Under the pieces are notes generated by a model, which was given only the letters and a program-made list of their open reading frames with translations, ran no database searches and had not been told where the DNA came from. Both the position numbers and the translations under genes were made by a program. Below are positions 9,864 to 17,693 of a stretch of 42,486 nucleotides of DNA, one piece after another (positions within the stretch are counted from its first letter, which is position 1; the number at the start of each line of letters is the position of its first letter). The DNA comes from Candidatus Finniella inopinata (GTDB taxonomy: Bacteria > Pseudomonadota > Alphaproteobacteria > Paracaedibacterales > CAITNM01), in NCBI GenBank assembly GCA_945860985.1, contig CAMASM010000003.1:1-42486 (forward strand), read 5' to 3'.

Positions 9864-10523
9864 ATGAAAATGAAAAAATCTAAAATATTTATGATTGGGT
9901 TAAGTTTGGTTTCTTTAGGGGCAAGTTTAAACGCTAGTACATGTGTAGTTCCTAGTTATTGTAATCCTCCTAGTGGGCAACCAGGAATGTTTCCTGGTGG
10001 TCAACCAGGTATGGGTGGAATGATGCCACCATCAGGTATGCCAGGTATGGGACAACCAGGCGGAATGATGCCTCAAGGGGGGAATACTTGTGTACCAGCA
10101 GGTGGTGGTATGGGTGGAGCGTCAGGAATGTTTCCTGGAGGAATGCCTGGTGGTCAGCCAGGGATGATGCCACCACTAGGTGGACAACCTGGTATGGGTG
10201 GAATGATGCCACCAGGAGGTATGCCAGGTGGGCAATCAGGTGGAATGATGCCAGGAGGTGGCTGTCCTTATGGAATGGTTCCTGGTGGAGCACCAAGAAT
10301 GGGAGGTTGTCCCGGAATGATGCCAAGAGGTGGACAACCTGGTATGGGTGGAATGATGCCACCACCTCCAGGTATGGGGCGTCCTGGTGTGATGATGCCT
10401 AACGGACAATGTAATTGTGGTGCCCCTGGTGCTCCGGGGCTAAGAGCCCCAGCAAAAGGAATGGGTGGCGCTCCTTCAATGGGGCCTGCAAAAAAAAAAG
10501 GTAGACCTCCAAGACGACGATAG
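9864..10523 (+). CDS. Secreted Gly/Met/Pro-rich low-complexity protein; probably continues in the +1 frame to 10782 through an A10 run
   Basis: Signal peptide MKMKKSKIFMIGLSLVSLGASLNA; repeated GGQPGMGGMMPP units; A10 at 10490-10499. Confidence 0.75.
   Translation: MKMKKSKIFMIGLSLVSLGASLNASTCVVPSYCNPPSGQPGMFPGGQPGMGGMMPPSGMPGMGQPGGMMPQGGNTCVPAGGGMGGASGMFPGGMPGGQPGMMPPLGGQPGMGGMMPPGGMPGGQSGGMMPGGGCPYGMVPGGAPRMGGCPGMMPRGGQPGMGGMMPPPPGMGRPGVMMPNGQCNCGAPGAPGLRAPAKGMGGAPSMGPAKKKGRPPRRR
9996..10364 (+). repeat. Coding 36-nt repeats ggtgg(a/t)caacc(t/a)ggtatgggtggaatgatgccacca
   Basis: Copies at 9996, 10179 and 10329, all in frame (GGQPGMGGMMPP). Confidence 0.85.
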
Positions 10524-10782
10524 TGCTGAGTCTGAGTCTGTAGACGACTCAGAAGATGGTAACCTTGATGAAGATGGCGCTGGGGATATCGATCAGCAAG
10601 TTGGTCAAGAGGGTGATGAAGATTTAGCGCTGCCATCTGATGATGTTACTCAGGATACTACTCAGGCAAAAGCAGATAAACCAGTCCAACCGGCAGCTGC
10701 GCAAACACCTGCTGCTACGCCAAAACCCCAAGGAGTATTTTCAGGCGCTATGGCTAAAATAAAATCACTTAAATTCTGGTAA
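10490..10782 (+). CDS. Acidic C-terminal segment in the +1 frame of the 9864 ORF (frameshifted tail)
   Basis: Protein-like acidic/Ala-Pro linker and amphipathic end (KKKVDLQDDDS...AKIKSLKFW) begins at the A-run; no convincing start of its own. Confidence 0.65.
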
Positions 10783-10875
10783 TTTTATATGAAATTCTTT
10801 GAATTGATTTTCAGTGCTAATAAGTAATAAATACGTTACTGTTAGTTGTTGTTGGCTTGATTTTTATTAGAAGTT

Positions 10876-11079
10876 ATGTCTTTTGGATCCTTTTTAAGTA
10901 TGTCACTTAGTTTGTGCTTAAGGTTTGTCATGCGTGTAGCTTTCACAATCTTAATCGGTTATTATATTGACAGGTTTTTAGGTACTTTCCCATTCGTGAT
11001 GATTTTTTCTATTATTCCTGGGGGGTACTTAGGATGGTTGTCTCTTGTACGGGTGGATTTTAAAAAAGAAGTGAAATGA
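10876..11079 (+). CDS. atpI: ATP synthase protein I (AtpZ/AtpI)
   Basis: GYYIDRFLGTFP motif, 2 TM, directly upstream of atpB. Confidence 0.75.
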   Translation: MSFGSFLSMSLSLCLRFVMRVAFTILIGYYIDRFLGTFPFVMIFSIIPGGYLGWLSLVRVDFKKEVK

Positions 11080-11819
11080 TTGATCCTCTTCATCAATTTC
11101 AAATTCAACGCCTGATACCAATATCATTTGGTGGGTGGGATATTTCATATACTAACTCTGCTTTGTGGATGACTATTGGCTTAATCATAGTTTGTTTGTT
11201 TTTTTATATATCTTTAAAGAAAGAAGAATTGGTTCCCAACCGTTTGCAAGCTTCAGCAGAAGTTGTTTTTGGGTTTTTGTCAGATATGGTTAAGTCGTAC
11301 ATTGGTCGGGAAGGCATGCAATTTTTCCCGTTTATTTTTACACTTTTCTGGTTTGTGCTAATGGGCAATTTGCTGGGGCTATTCCCATATAGTTTTACTT
11401 ATACCAGCCATATAGTGGTGACTTTTTCTTTAGCTATAGTTGCATTTATTGCGGCAAATGTTGTTGGATTTAAAAAGCATGGTTTAGGCATGTTTTATTT
11501 GTTTTTGCCAAAGGGTATACCAGTATTTTTAGCACCCCTTATGATTGTAATTGAGCTTATTTCCTATCTGGCTCGTCCTTTTAGTTTGAGTATTCGTTTG
11601 TTTGCTAATATGATGGCCGGGCATTTAATTTTAAAACTTTTTGCGAGTTTTTCTATGATGCTCTGGCAAAGTAAGTCCTTGCTTGCAGTTTTGGGAATTT
11701 TACCGCTAATGTTGAACATAGGTGTTACAGGATTGGAATTCTTGGTTGCAGTTTTGCAAACATATGTATTTACATTACTAACCTGTTTATACATTAATGA
11801 TGCAATTAACTTACATTAA
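11076..11819 (+). CDS. atpB: F0 ATP synthase subunit a
   Basis: DPLHQF start, RPFSLSIRLFANMMAGH, LQTYVFTLL. Confidence 0.97.
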   Translation: MIDPLHQFQIQRLIPISFGGWDISYTNSALWMTIGLIIVCLFFYISLKKEELVPNRLQASAEVVFGFLSDMVKSYIGREGMQFFPFIFTLFWFVLMGNLLGLFPYSFTYTSHIVVTFSLAIVAFIAANVVGFKKHGLGMFYLFLPKGIPVFLAPLMIVIELISYLARPFSLSIRLFANMMAGHLILKLFASFSMMLWQSKSLLAVLGILPLMLNIGVTGLEFLVAVLQTYVFTLLTCLYINDAINLH

Positions 11820-11834
11820 AATAAGGAGATAATA

Positions 11835-12062
11835 ATGGATTTAGCAGCAGCAAAAATGATTGGGGCTGGTTTAGCAATGACAGCTGGGCTTGGTGCTGGC
11901 ATTGGTTTGGGAAATATTTTTAATGGTATTGTTTCGGGAATTGCGCGTAACCCTGAAGCTAAAGATGAAATTTTTAAAGCCGGTTTGATTGGTGCAGCAC
12001 TTACAGAAGCAGTTATGTTATTTGCGCTAGGAACGGCTATGACAATGATGTTTGCTTTTTAA
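11835..12062 (+). CDS. atpE: F0 ATP synthase subunit c
   Basis: GAGIGLG, ARNP loop, proton-binding Glu in ALTEA; SD aaggag. Confidence 0.97.
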   Translation: MDLAAAKMIGAGLAMTAGLGAGIGLGNIFNGIVSGIARNPEAKDEIFKAGLIGAALTEAVMLFALGTAMTMMFAF

Positions 12063-12065
12063 ATT

Positions 12066-12503
12066 ATGCCGCAGCTTGATATCAGCACATATTTACCCCA
12101 GATATTTTGGCTAAGTATTATTTTTAGTGCAATGCTTGGGGTATTTATTGGGATATTTTTGCCAAAATTATCGAGAATTTTTCAAAAACGTTTTGATGTA
12201 GTTGAGCAAGCAGATGGTAGAATTGAAAATTTAAAAGATAGCAGTCTTAAATTACGAAAATCATACGAAGAGCAAAAGAATGAGATCTTAAAAAATACCC
12301 AGGATCAAATAGATGCTGCTTTGGCTAGTGTCCGTGATTTTCATGAAAAGCGGTTACATGCTTTGGAAACTGAAATTCAACAGGAATTGAGCCGTATTAG
12401 GGATAATCATGGTATGCAGGCTGAAGAATTTGCAGAATCTTATAAAGATGTTATTGATGAGGCAGTAGGGCTAACATTAAAAAAATTAGGAATGCAGCGA
12501 TGA
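12066..12503 (+). CDS. atpG: F0 ATP synthase subunit b'
   Basis: MPQLD..TY..QIFWL N-terminus, TM plus coiled coil. Confidence 0.9.
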   Translation: MPQLDISTYLPQIFWLSIIFSAMLGVFIGIFLPKLSRIFQKRFDVVEQADGRIENLKDSSLKLRKSYEEQKNEILKNTQDQIDAALASVRDFHEKRLHALETEIQQELSRIRDNHGMQAEEFAESYKDVIDEAVGLTLKKLGMQR

Positions 12504-12512
12504 GAGAAAAAG

Positions 12513-12992
12513 ATGGATTCTAATTTTTTCATATTGATAAGCTTTTTAGTTTTTGCTTATATTTTTTACAAGAAAATTTGGCCAAGTGTAATTAATGTGC
12601 TTGATGATTATATTTCTGCTATTCAAAGGCGGTTTAATGAAATTAAAATATCTACTAAAGAACATGAAAAATTAGAAATTATTAATCAGAGGAAGCTACA
12701 GAACTTACAAAAAGAAATTGAACTAATTAAATCTGAATCTTTAAAAAAAATAGAATTTTTAAAACAAAAAATTAATGAAGATATGGAATACCAATATGTT
12801 AATCGTCAAAAAAGCTTCCAACAAGCCACAAAGAGGGTTAAGGGTCAACAACGAAAGGCTTTGCAATCTAGGTGTGTTGATGAAATTTTTGAAAAAATTA
12901 TGCAAAGGATTGAAAAAAGTTCATCACTTGAAGACGAATATATGGTATCAGTAACTGAAATCATTAAAGATGACGTTGCGTCTATATCATGA
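12513..12992 (+). CDS. atpF: F0 ATP synthase subunit b (divergent)
   Basis: N-terminal TM (FFILISFLVF), LDDYI..I, coiled coil, operon position. Confidence 0.8.
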   Translation: MDSNFFILISFLVFAYIFYKKIWPSVINVLDDYISAIQRRFNEIKISTKEHEKLEIINQRKLQNLQKEIELIKSESLKKIEFLKQKINEDMEYQYVNRQKSFQQATKRVKGQQRKALQSRCVDEIFEKIMQRIEKSSSLEDEYMVSVTEIIKDDVASIS

Positions 12993-14392
12993 CCCGCTGG
13001 ACAAAAGATTCTTTAAAAACGGCTCTTGAGCTTGATATATCGTTTGATATCGCCTCTCACAACTTGTGTATTGATACGCGGCAGATTCAACGTGGCGATA
13101 TATTTATTGCAATTAAGGGTGCTAAAGATGGCCATGAGTACGTTAAGAAAGCATTTGAACAGGGGGCTGTTTGCGCAATTGTTGAGTATACCCCTGCTAA
13201 TATTAGTGATACTTCCAGACTAATTTACGTTGATGACACTTTAAAAGCACTTACTTCTTTAGGGATTTATGGAAGAAGTATGGCTAAAAAACTTAGGGCA
13301 ATTGCGGTTACAGGTAGTGTTGGTAAAACAACAACAAAAGAAATGCTGCGTTCAGTTTTGCATTGCTTTGGTCCTACAATTTATTCTAAGGCTAGTTATA
13401 ACAATTACCTTGGTGTGCCCTTAAGCTTGGCTTTACTAAGTAACGACAGCAAGTTTGGCGTTTTTGAGGTTGGCATGAATCATGTCGGAGAAATTGCTCC
13501 ACTTGCAAAAATTGTTGATCCAGAAATTGCAATTATTACTACAATTTCACCTTCACATATTGGCAACATGGGATCCTTAGAGGCAATAGTTGATGAAAAG
13601 TGTCAAATTTTTGCTGGGTTGCGTGAAAATGGCATAGCTATGGTGCATGGTGATCATCCTCTATTTGATCGTATGCAACGCAATGCCAAAGCGCATGGTG
13701 TACATAATATTTTTACAGTTGGATGTAAAGCTGGATTAGATGCGAGATTGCTACATTATCAGCCAGTGCAGCAAGGTACTAAAGGTCTGGTTACTGCTGA
13801 AATTTTTGGAAAAATTGTGGCTTATCCTTTGCAGTTCGCTGGTGAGCACTATGCTTTTAATAGTTTGTATGTATTGCTTACTGCAGAGGTGCTGGGTATT
13901 GATTTGGGTGAAACCATGCAGCAATTAGCGAAGGTTCAGCCAGTAATTGGCCGTGGACAAATGCATAATTTGCAATTGTCCAATGGCTTGCCAATTTTTG
14001 TGTTTGATGATGCATACAATGCCAATCCAACTTCGATGAAAGCTGGTTTAAAATCATTTTGCACTATGCAACATCAAGGTAAACGTATTGCGGTAATTGG
14101 ACAAATGGGAGAGTTAGGTGAACATAGCGATGCTTACCATATAGAAATTGCTCAATACATTAATAGCTTACCGCTAGATCGCGTTCATGTGGTTGGTTCC
14201 GCAGCAAAAGGCATGTACCAAGAAATTGATACGCAAAAGCGCGGTGAATGGTTTGCTACAGTTGACGATATGAAAACAAATTTTATTAATGAATTAACAG
14301 GGTATGAGAGTATTTTTTTAAAGGGATCGTTATCTCAAAAATTACAGGAACTCGTTGCTTTGCTTAAGAATCAGCTTAGGTCTGTAGCTTAG
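12989..14392 (+). CDS. murF: UDP-N-acetylmuramoyl-tripeptide--D-Ala-D-Ala ligase
   Basis: DTR, TGSVGKTTTKE, NNYLGVPL, EVGMNH, DDAYNANP.SM. Confidence 0.96.
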   Translation: MTRWTKDSLKTALELDISFDIASHNLCIDTRQIQRGDIFIAIKGAKDGHEYVKKAFEQGAVCAIVEYTPANISDTSRLIYVDDTLKALTSLGIYGRSMAKKLRAIAVTGSVGKTTTKEMLRSVLHCFGPTIYSKASYNNYLGVPLSLALLSNDSKFGVFEVGMNHVGEIAPLAKIVDPEIAIITTISPSHIGNMGSLEAIVDEKCQIFAGLRENGIAMVHGDHPLFDRMQRNAKAHGVHNIFTVGCKAGLDARLLHYQPVQQGTKGLVTAEIFGKIVAYPLQFAGEHYAFNSLYVLLTAEVLGIDLGETMQQLAKVQPVIGRGQMHNLQLSNGLPIFVFDDAYNANPTSMKAGLKSFCTMQHQGKRIAVIGQMGELGEHSDAYHIEIAQYINSLPLDRVHVVGSAAKGMYQEIDTQKRGEWFATVDDMKTNFINELTGYESIFLKGSLSQKLQELVALLKNQLRSVA

Positions 14393-15783
14393 GTTGATAC
14401 GTGAGCTATTTTTAGTTTTGTGCTGTTGGCACCATCACCAACTAGAAGATGCATTTCTTCATTAAACTCAACAATTTCAGCTTTTGCGGAACGCCCTTCT
14501 GCTGTGCGCACTAGTTCTTGGCAAACTACTGCTAGAATTTGTCCAGCTAGCAAATTAGGAGAGATGCCTAAATCAATTAAGCGTGCTGGCGCCACAAAGG
14601 GGCATGAGGCGTGGATTGTTGCTAAAACCAAGTGACCTGTCATTGAAGCTCTTAAAGCCATTTTAGCTGTATCTTCGTCTCGAATTTCGCCTATTAAAAT
14701 AACATCAGGATCATGTCTCAACATTGACCTAACTCCATCAGCGAAGTTAATTACTCCAGCTTCATGAATTTCTGTTTGGCGAACGCCATTAACTCTGTAT
14801 TCAATTGGTTGTTCAAGGGTCATAATGTTCTTTTTGCTGCTATCAAGTTCTTTTAAAAGTGCGTGTAATGTTGTTGTTTTTCCAGAACCAGTTGGTCCGC
14901 AAACTAAAAATAAACCGTAAGATTTGTTTACAAGTTTTGTCATTGCTTCAACTTGTGCGTTTGAAAACCCTAGTTCAATAAGTGATAAAACTTGCCGATT
15001 AGTTGGTAATAAGCGTATTACTAAGCTTTCCCCTAATGAGCATGGGTGGAAAGATGTGCGGCAATCAATTGGGCTTCCTTGAATGTTTAATGTGCATCCA
15101 CCTGATTGGGGCCGACGACGCTCTGCGATATCTAATTTTGCCAAAATCTTGAGGCGTACGCAGGTTTTTTCATAAATTTCTAATTCTAAATGTTGGTAAA
15201 TTATCAATTCACCATGAATGCGAAATTTAACAACAATCATTTGGTCTAATGGCACAAAATGAATGTCGGAAGCTTCTTTTAAAAAAGCTTCGCTTAAAAG
15301 GTTGCTAAATAAACTTTCAAAAGAGGCATCAAACCCTTCAGCTACAGGAGAGGCTGATTTTTGTAGTGCATATACGAATGCTTGTTTGTGTGTATTGTAA
15401 AACTTGCAAATAACTTTTTTTTCAAAAAGGTTTTCCGCAGATTTTTTTAAGATGTCTTGAACCAACACGTTTTCAGGGTCTAGCATTGCAATGTGCAAAA
15501 TGTTATCTAAACAAAATGGGATAGCTGAGTGCATTTTGCAAAATTCTTTGCCAAATTTAAAAATTAAATTACTGTCTATTGAAAAATTTTCTAAATCAAT
15601 ATATGGGTATCCCGTAATTTCACTAACAAACTCTCCCATAATTTTGGGTTGTACAAATCTTAAATCAACTAATATTTCACTTAAAAAAGCTTGGCTTTTT
15701 TGCTGCTGCATTAAGGCAATGTGCAGTTGATCTGGGGTAATAAGGCCCCTTTTTAAAAGTATTTCTTCAAAACCTGGTGACAA
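14389..15783 (-). CDS. GspE/PilB-family secretion ATPase
   Basis: N-terminal MshEN-like segment, ASDIH, LDIAERRRPQSG, GPTGSGKTTTL, LRHDPDVILIGEIRD, TGHLVLATIHA. Confidence 0.92.
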   Translation of the reverse strand: MSPGFEEILLKRGLITPDQLHIALMQQQKSQAFLSEILVDLRFVQPKIMGEFVSEITGYPYIDLENFSIDSNLIFKFGKEFCKMHSAIPFCLDNILHIAMLDPENVLVQDILKKSAENLFEKKVICKFYNTHKQAFVYALQKSASPVAEGFDASFESLFSNLLSEAFLKEASDIHFVPLDQMIVVKFRIHGELIIYQHLELEIYEKTCVRLKILAKLDIAERRRPQSGGCTLNIQGSPIDCRTSFHPCSLGESLVIRLLPTNRQVLSLIELGFSNAQVEAMTKLVNKSYGLFLVCGPTGSGKTTTLHALLKELDSSKKNIMTLEQPIEYRVNGVRQTEIHEAGVINFADGVRSMLRHDPDVILIGEIRDEDTAKMALRASMTGHLVLATIHASCPFVAPARLIDLGISPNLLAGQILAVVCQELVRTAEGRSAKAEIVEFNEEMHLLVGDGANSTKLKIAHVST

Positions 15784-15838
15784 TGTTATATTACAAATAA
15801 ATCTATTAATTCTAATTATGTGGTAAAGGTTTTAAAAT

Positions 15839-16759
15839 TTGATAAATATTGCTGAAATTATTGTGCAATGGCGGATAGAATTGAGTAATTTGAATCGCTC
15901 GCCAAATACTGTAAAGGCATACTTACAGGACTTTTTTGACTTTAAAAATTTTTATGAAGATTATCATAATAATGAACTTACAGTTGAGAAATTTAAAGGG
16001 ATTATCCCGCAAGATATCCGGGCTTGGTTGTTGCACCAAAGAAAATTGCAAAAAAATACTAGGTCTTCAATACGAGGTTTGGCTGGTTTAAGGAACTTTA
16101 GCAATTTTTTATTGCAGCAACAAATTATTGATGATCATGCTTTTTTTCATTCTAAAAGTCCGAAATCTCAAAAAACTTTGCCGCGGCCTGTAAGCATTGA
16201 TCAAGCCATGGAAATTACAAGTACTATTCAGGATATGTCTGATATTCCTTGGGTTGGTTTGCGTAACCAAGCATTAATGCAATTGTTATATAATACAGGC
16301 ATGCGTATTTCCGAGGCTCTTAATTTAAATCAAAAAGATTTATTAAGCGAAAAATTTATAACCGTTGTTGGTAAAGGTCAAAAAATGCGTCAGGTGCCAA
16401 TAATTGATTCTGTGAAAGAATTATTGGAAAATTACCTAAAGGTTCAACCATATGCTAATAATTCAGATTCACCATTATTTTATGGGGAAAAAGGCAAGCG
16501 ATTGCAGGCAGCATTAGCGCAGAAAGCTTTGCGTGATTTTAGAAGGACGCATGGGTTACCAGAATCACTTACCCCACATGCTTTGCGCCATAGTTGTGCG
16601 ACCCATTTAATGCAATCTTCCCATGATTTACGTGGTATTCAAGAATTGCTAGGCCATGCTTCGCTTTCATCAACTCAGGTATACACTCAGATTGATGAGT
16701 TTAGCATGATGAAAACTTATAAAGCGTCACACCCAAGGGCAAAAAAGCAAGAAGATTAA
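15839..16759 (+). CDS. xerC: Tyrosine recombinase XerC
   Basis: SPNTVKAY, LP(R)P, LLYNTGMRISE, GKGQK.R.VP, TPHALRHSCATHL, IQELLGHASLSSTQVYT. Confidence 0.88.
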   Translation: MINIAEIIVQWRIELSNLNRSPNTVKAYLQDFFDFKNFYEDYHNNELTVEKFKGIIPQDIRAWLLHQRKLQKNTRSSIRGLAGLRNFSNFLLQQQIIDDHAFFHSKSPKSQKTLPRPVSIDQAMEITSTIQDMSDIPWVGLRNQALMQLLYNTGMRISEALNLNQKDLLSEKFITVVGKGQKMRQVPIIDSVKELLENYLKVQPYANNSDSPLFYGEKGKRLQAALAQKALRDFRRTHGLPESLTPHALRHSCATHLMQSSHDLRGIQELLGHASLSSTQVYTQIDEFSMMKTYKASHPRAKKQED

Positions 16760-16769
16760 GCGGTTCTTC

Positions 16770-16797
16770 TTGAATTCTTTGTAAAAAGTACTATATT
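16770..16797 (+). promoter_or_regulatory. Putative sigma70 promoter of ssrA
   Basis: TTGAAT-N16-TATATT directly upstream of the tmRNA acceptor piece. Confidence 0.5.
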
Positions 16798-16804
16798 TAT
16801 ACTG

Positions 16805-17181
16805 ATGCTTGCATCTATAGCGATAAACGGTCTATGGAATAGGCGTAGTGGACCCGGGGGCGGTACCCGGCGCCTCCACCATATATTATGGGGGCGACAT
16901 AGGATCGACACGCGTGGTAAAGATAGGCTCTTCGCTCGGTATGGTTCCGTCGTTATCGGGCTAACATTAATAAGTGTCGCAATTTTACGCACACGTAGAG
17001 AGACAGCAGTTAAGTTTACCAACCAAAACCGCAAGGGTATGGTTGCAGGTTTGACTACTGTGGCAAACAACAACACTTTTGGTGGTGTTGCTGCAGCAGC
17101 TGCCTAAACAAACTCTGTTTGTTGAAGCGGTAGCCTCTTAGGGGCTTGGGGAGTAGCCTTGCAACAGAATACTCCCCACTT
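16805..17181 (+). ncRNA. ssrA: Two-piece (circularly permuted) tmRNA, alphaproteobacterial type; ends approximate
   Basis: Acceptor piece ends ...ccgggggcggtacccggcgcctccACCA (16881); 8-nt intervening segment; coding piece starts GGGGGCG (16890) giving the G3.U70 Ala identity pair; tag frame ends ANNNTFGGVAAAAA* (17107); 3' hairpin with gcaacagaa; sspB adjacent. Confidence 0.95.
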
Positions 17182-17198
17182 AATTTTAAGAGGAGGAA

Positions 17199-17693
17199 TT
17201 GGTGGCAAAAGATCTTATTGATTACGAAGCAATGGTTCAAACAGCCCTGCGGGATGTAGTTAAAAAAGCTATTGGCAATGCCGCGAAGCATGGTTTGCAA
17301 GGTAATCATCATTTCTACGTAACTTTTGCTACAGATCATCCTGGTGTTGTAATGCCTGATTATTTGCGTGATCAGTACGGGGATGAAATTACCATTGTCT
17401 TGCAGTATGAGTTTTGGGATCTGTTGGCTGATACCAAGGGATTTTACGTAACTTTGTGTTTTGATGATGCCCATGAAAAATTGTACATACCATATTCTGG
17501 ACTTTTAAGTTTTGTGGATCCTTCTGTGAAGTTCGGCCTACAGTTTAATCCGGTAACCGATGAGCCTGTTGAAACAGGAAAAACGATTAAGGCTGATAAA
17601 CCCGACAAGTCAGACAAGGTGGCTTCTAAAAAGTCCGATTCTGCTAAGGGCACTTCAAATATTGTGACTTTGGATTCATTTCGCAAGAAATAA
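17199..17693 (+). CDS. sspB: ClpXP adaptor SspB (alphaproteobacterial type)
   Basis: IDYEAMVQ.ALR.VV, HHFYVTF.T.HPGV, FVDPSVKFGLQF, C-terminal ClpX-binding IVTLDSFRKK; SD aggagg. Confidence 0.93.
   Translation: MVAKDLIDYEAMVQTALRDVVKKAIGNAAKHGLQGNHHFYVTFATDHPGVVMPDYLRDQYGDEITIVLQYEFWDLLADTKGFYVTLCFDDAHEKLYIPYSGLLSFVDPSVKFGLQFNPVTDEPVETGKTIKADKPDKSDKVASKKSDSAKGTSNIVTLDSFRKK

Noticed and set aside
9996-10364. Three 36-nt direct repeats resembling a CRISPR array
   Set aside because: Spacers are 147 and 114 nt and are themselves repetitive; repeats are in frame and vary at synonymous positions; no cas genes
10490-10503. Classical -1 ribosomal frameshift at A-AAA-AAG
   Set aside because: The -1 frame hits TAG immediately; the long downstream frame is +1, which fits loss of one A instead
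9970-10636. Alternative-frame and antisense ORFs (9970-10365, 10088-10402, 10268-10636)
   Set aside because: By-products of the stop-poor Gly/Pro/Met repeat sequence
10876-12992. Absence of F1 genes after the F0 operon
   Set aside because: Split F0 and F1 operons are normal in Alphaproteobacteria
16756-17076. 106-aa minus-strand ORF
   Set aside because: Antisense shadow of the tmRNA gene
15839-17181. Tyrosine recombinase beside tmRNA as an integrated island or prophage
   Set aside because: The protein has XerC size and motifs, flanking genes are housekeeping, and I found no duplicated tmRNA 3' end (att site) in the window
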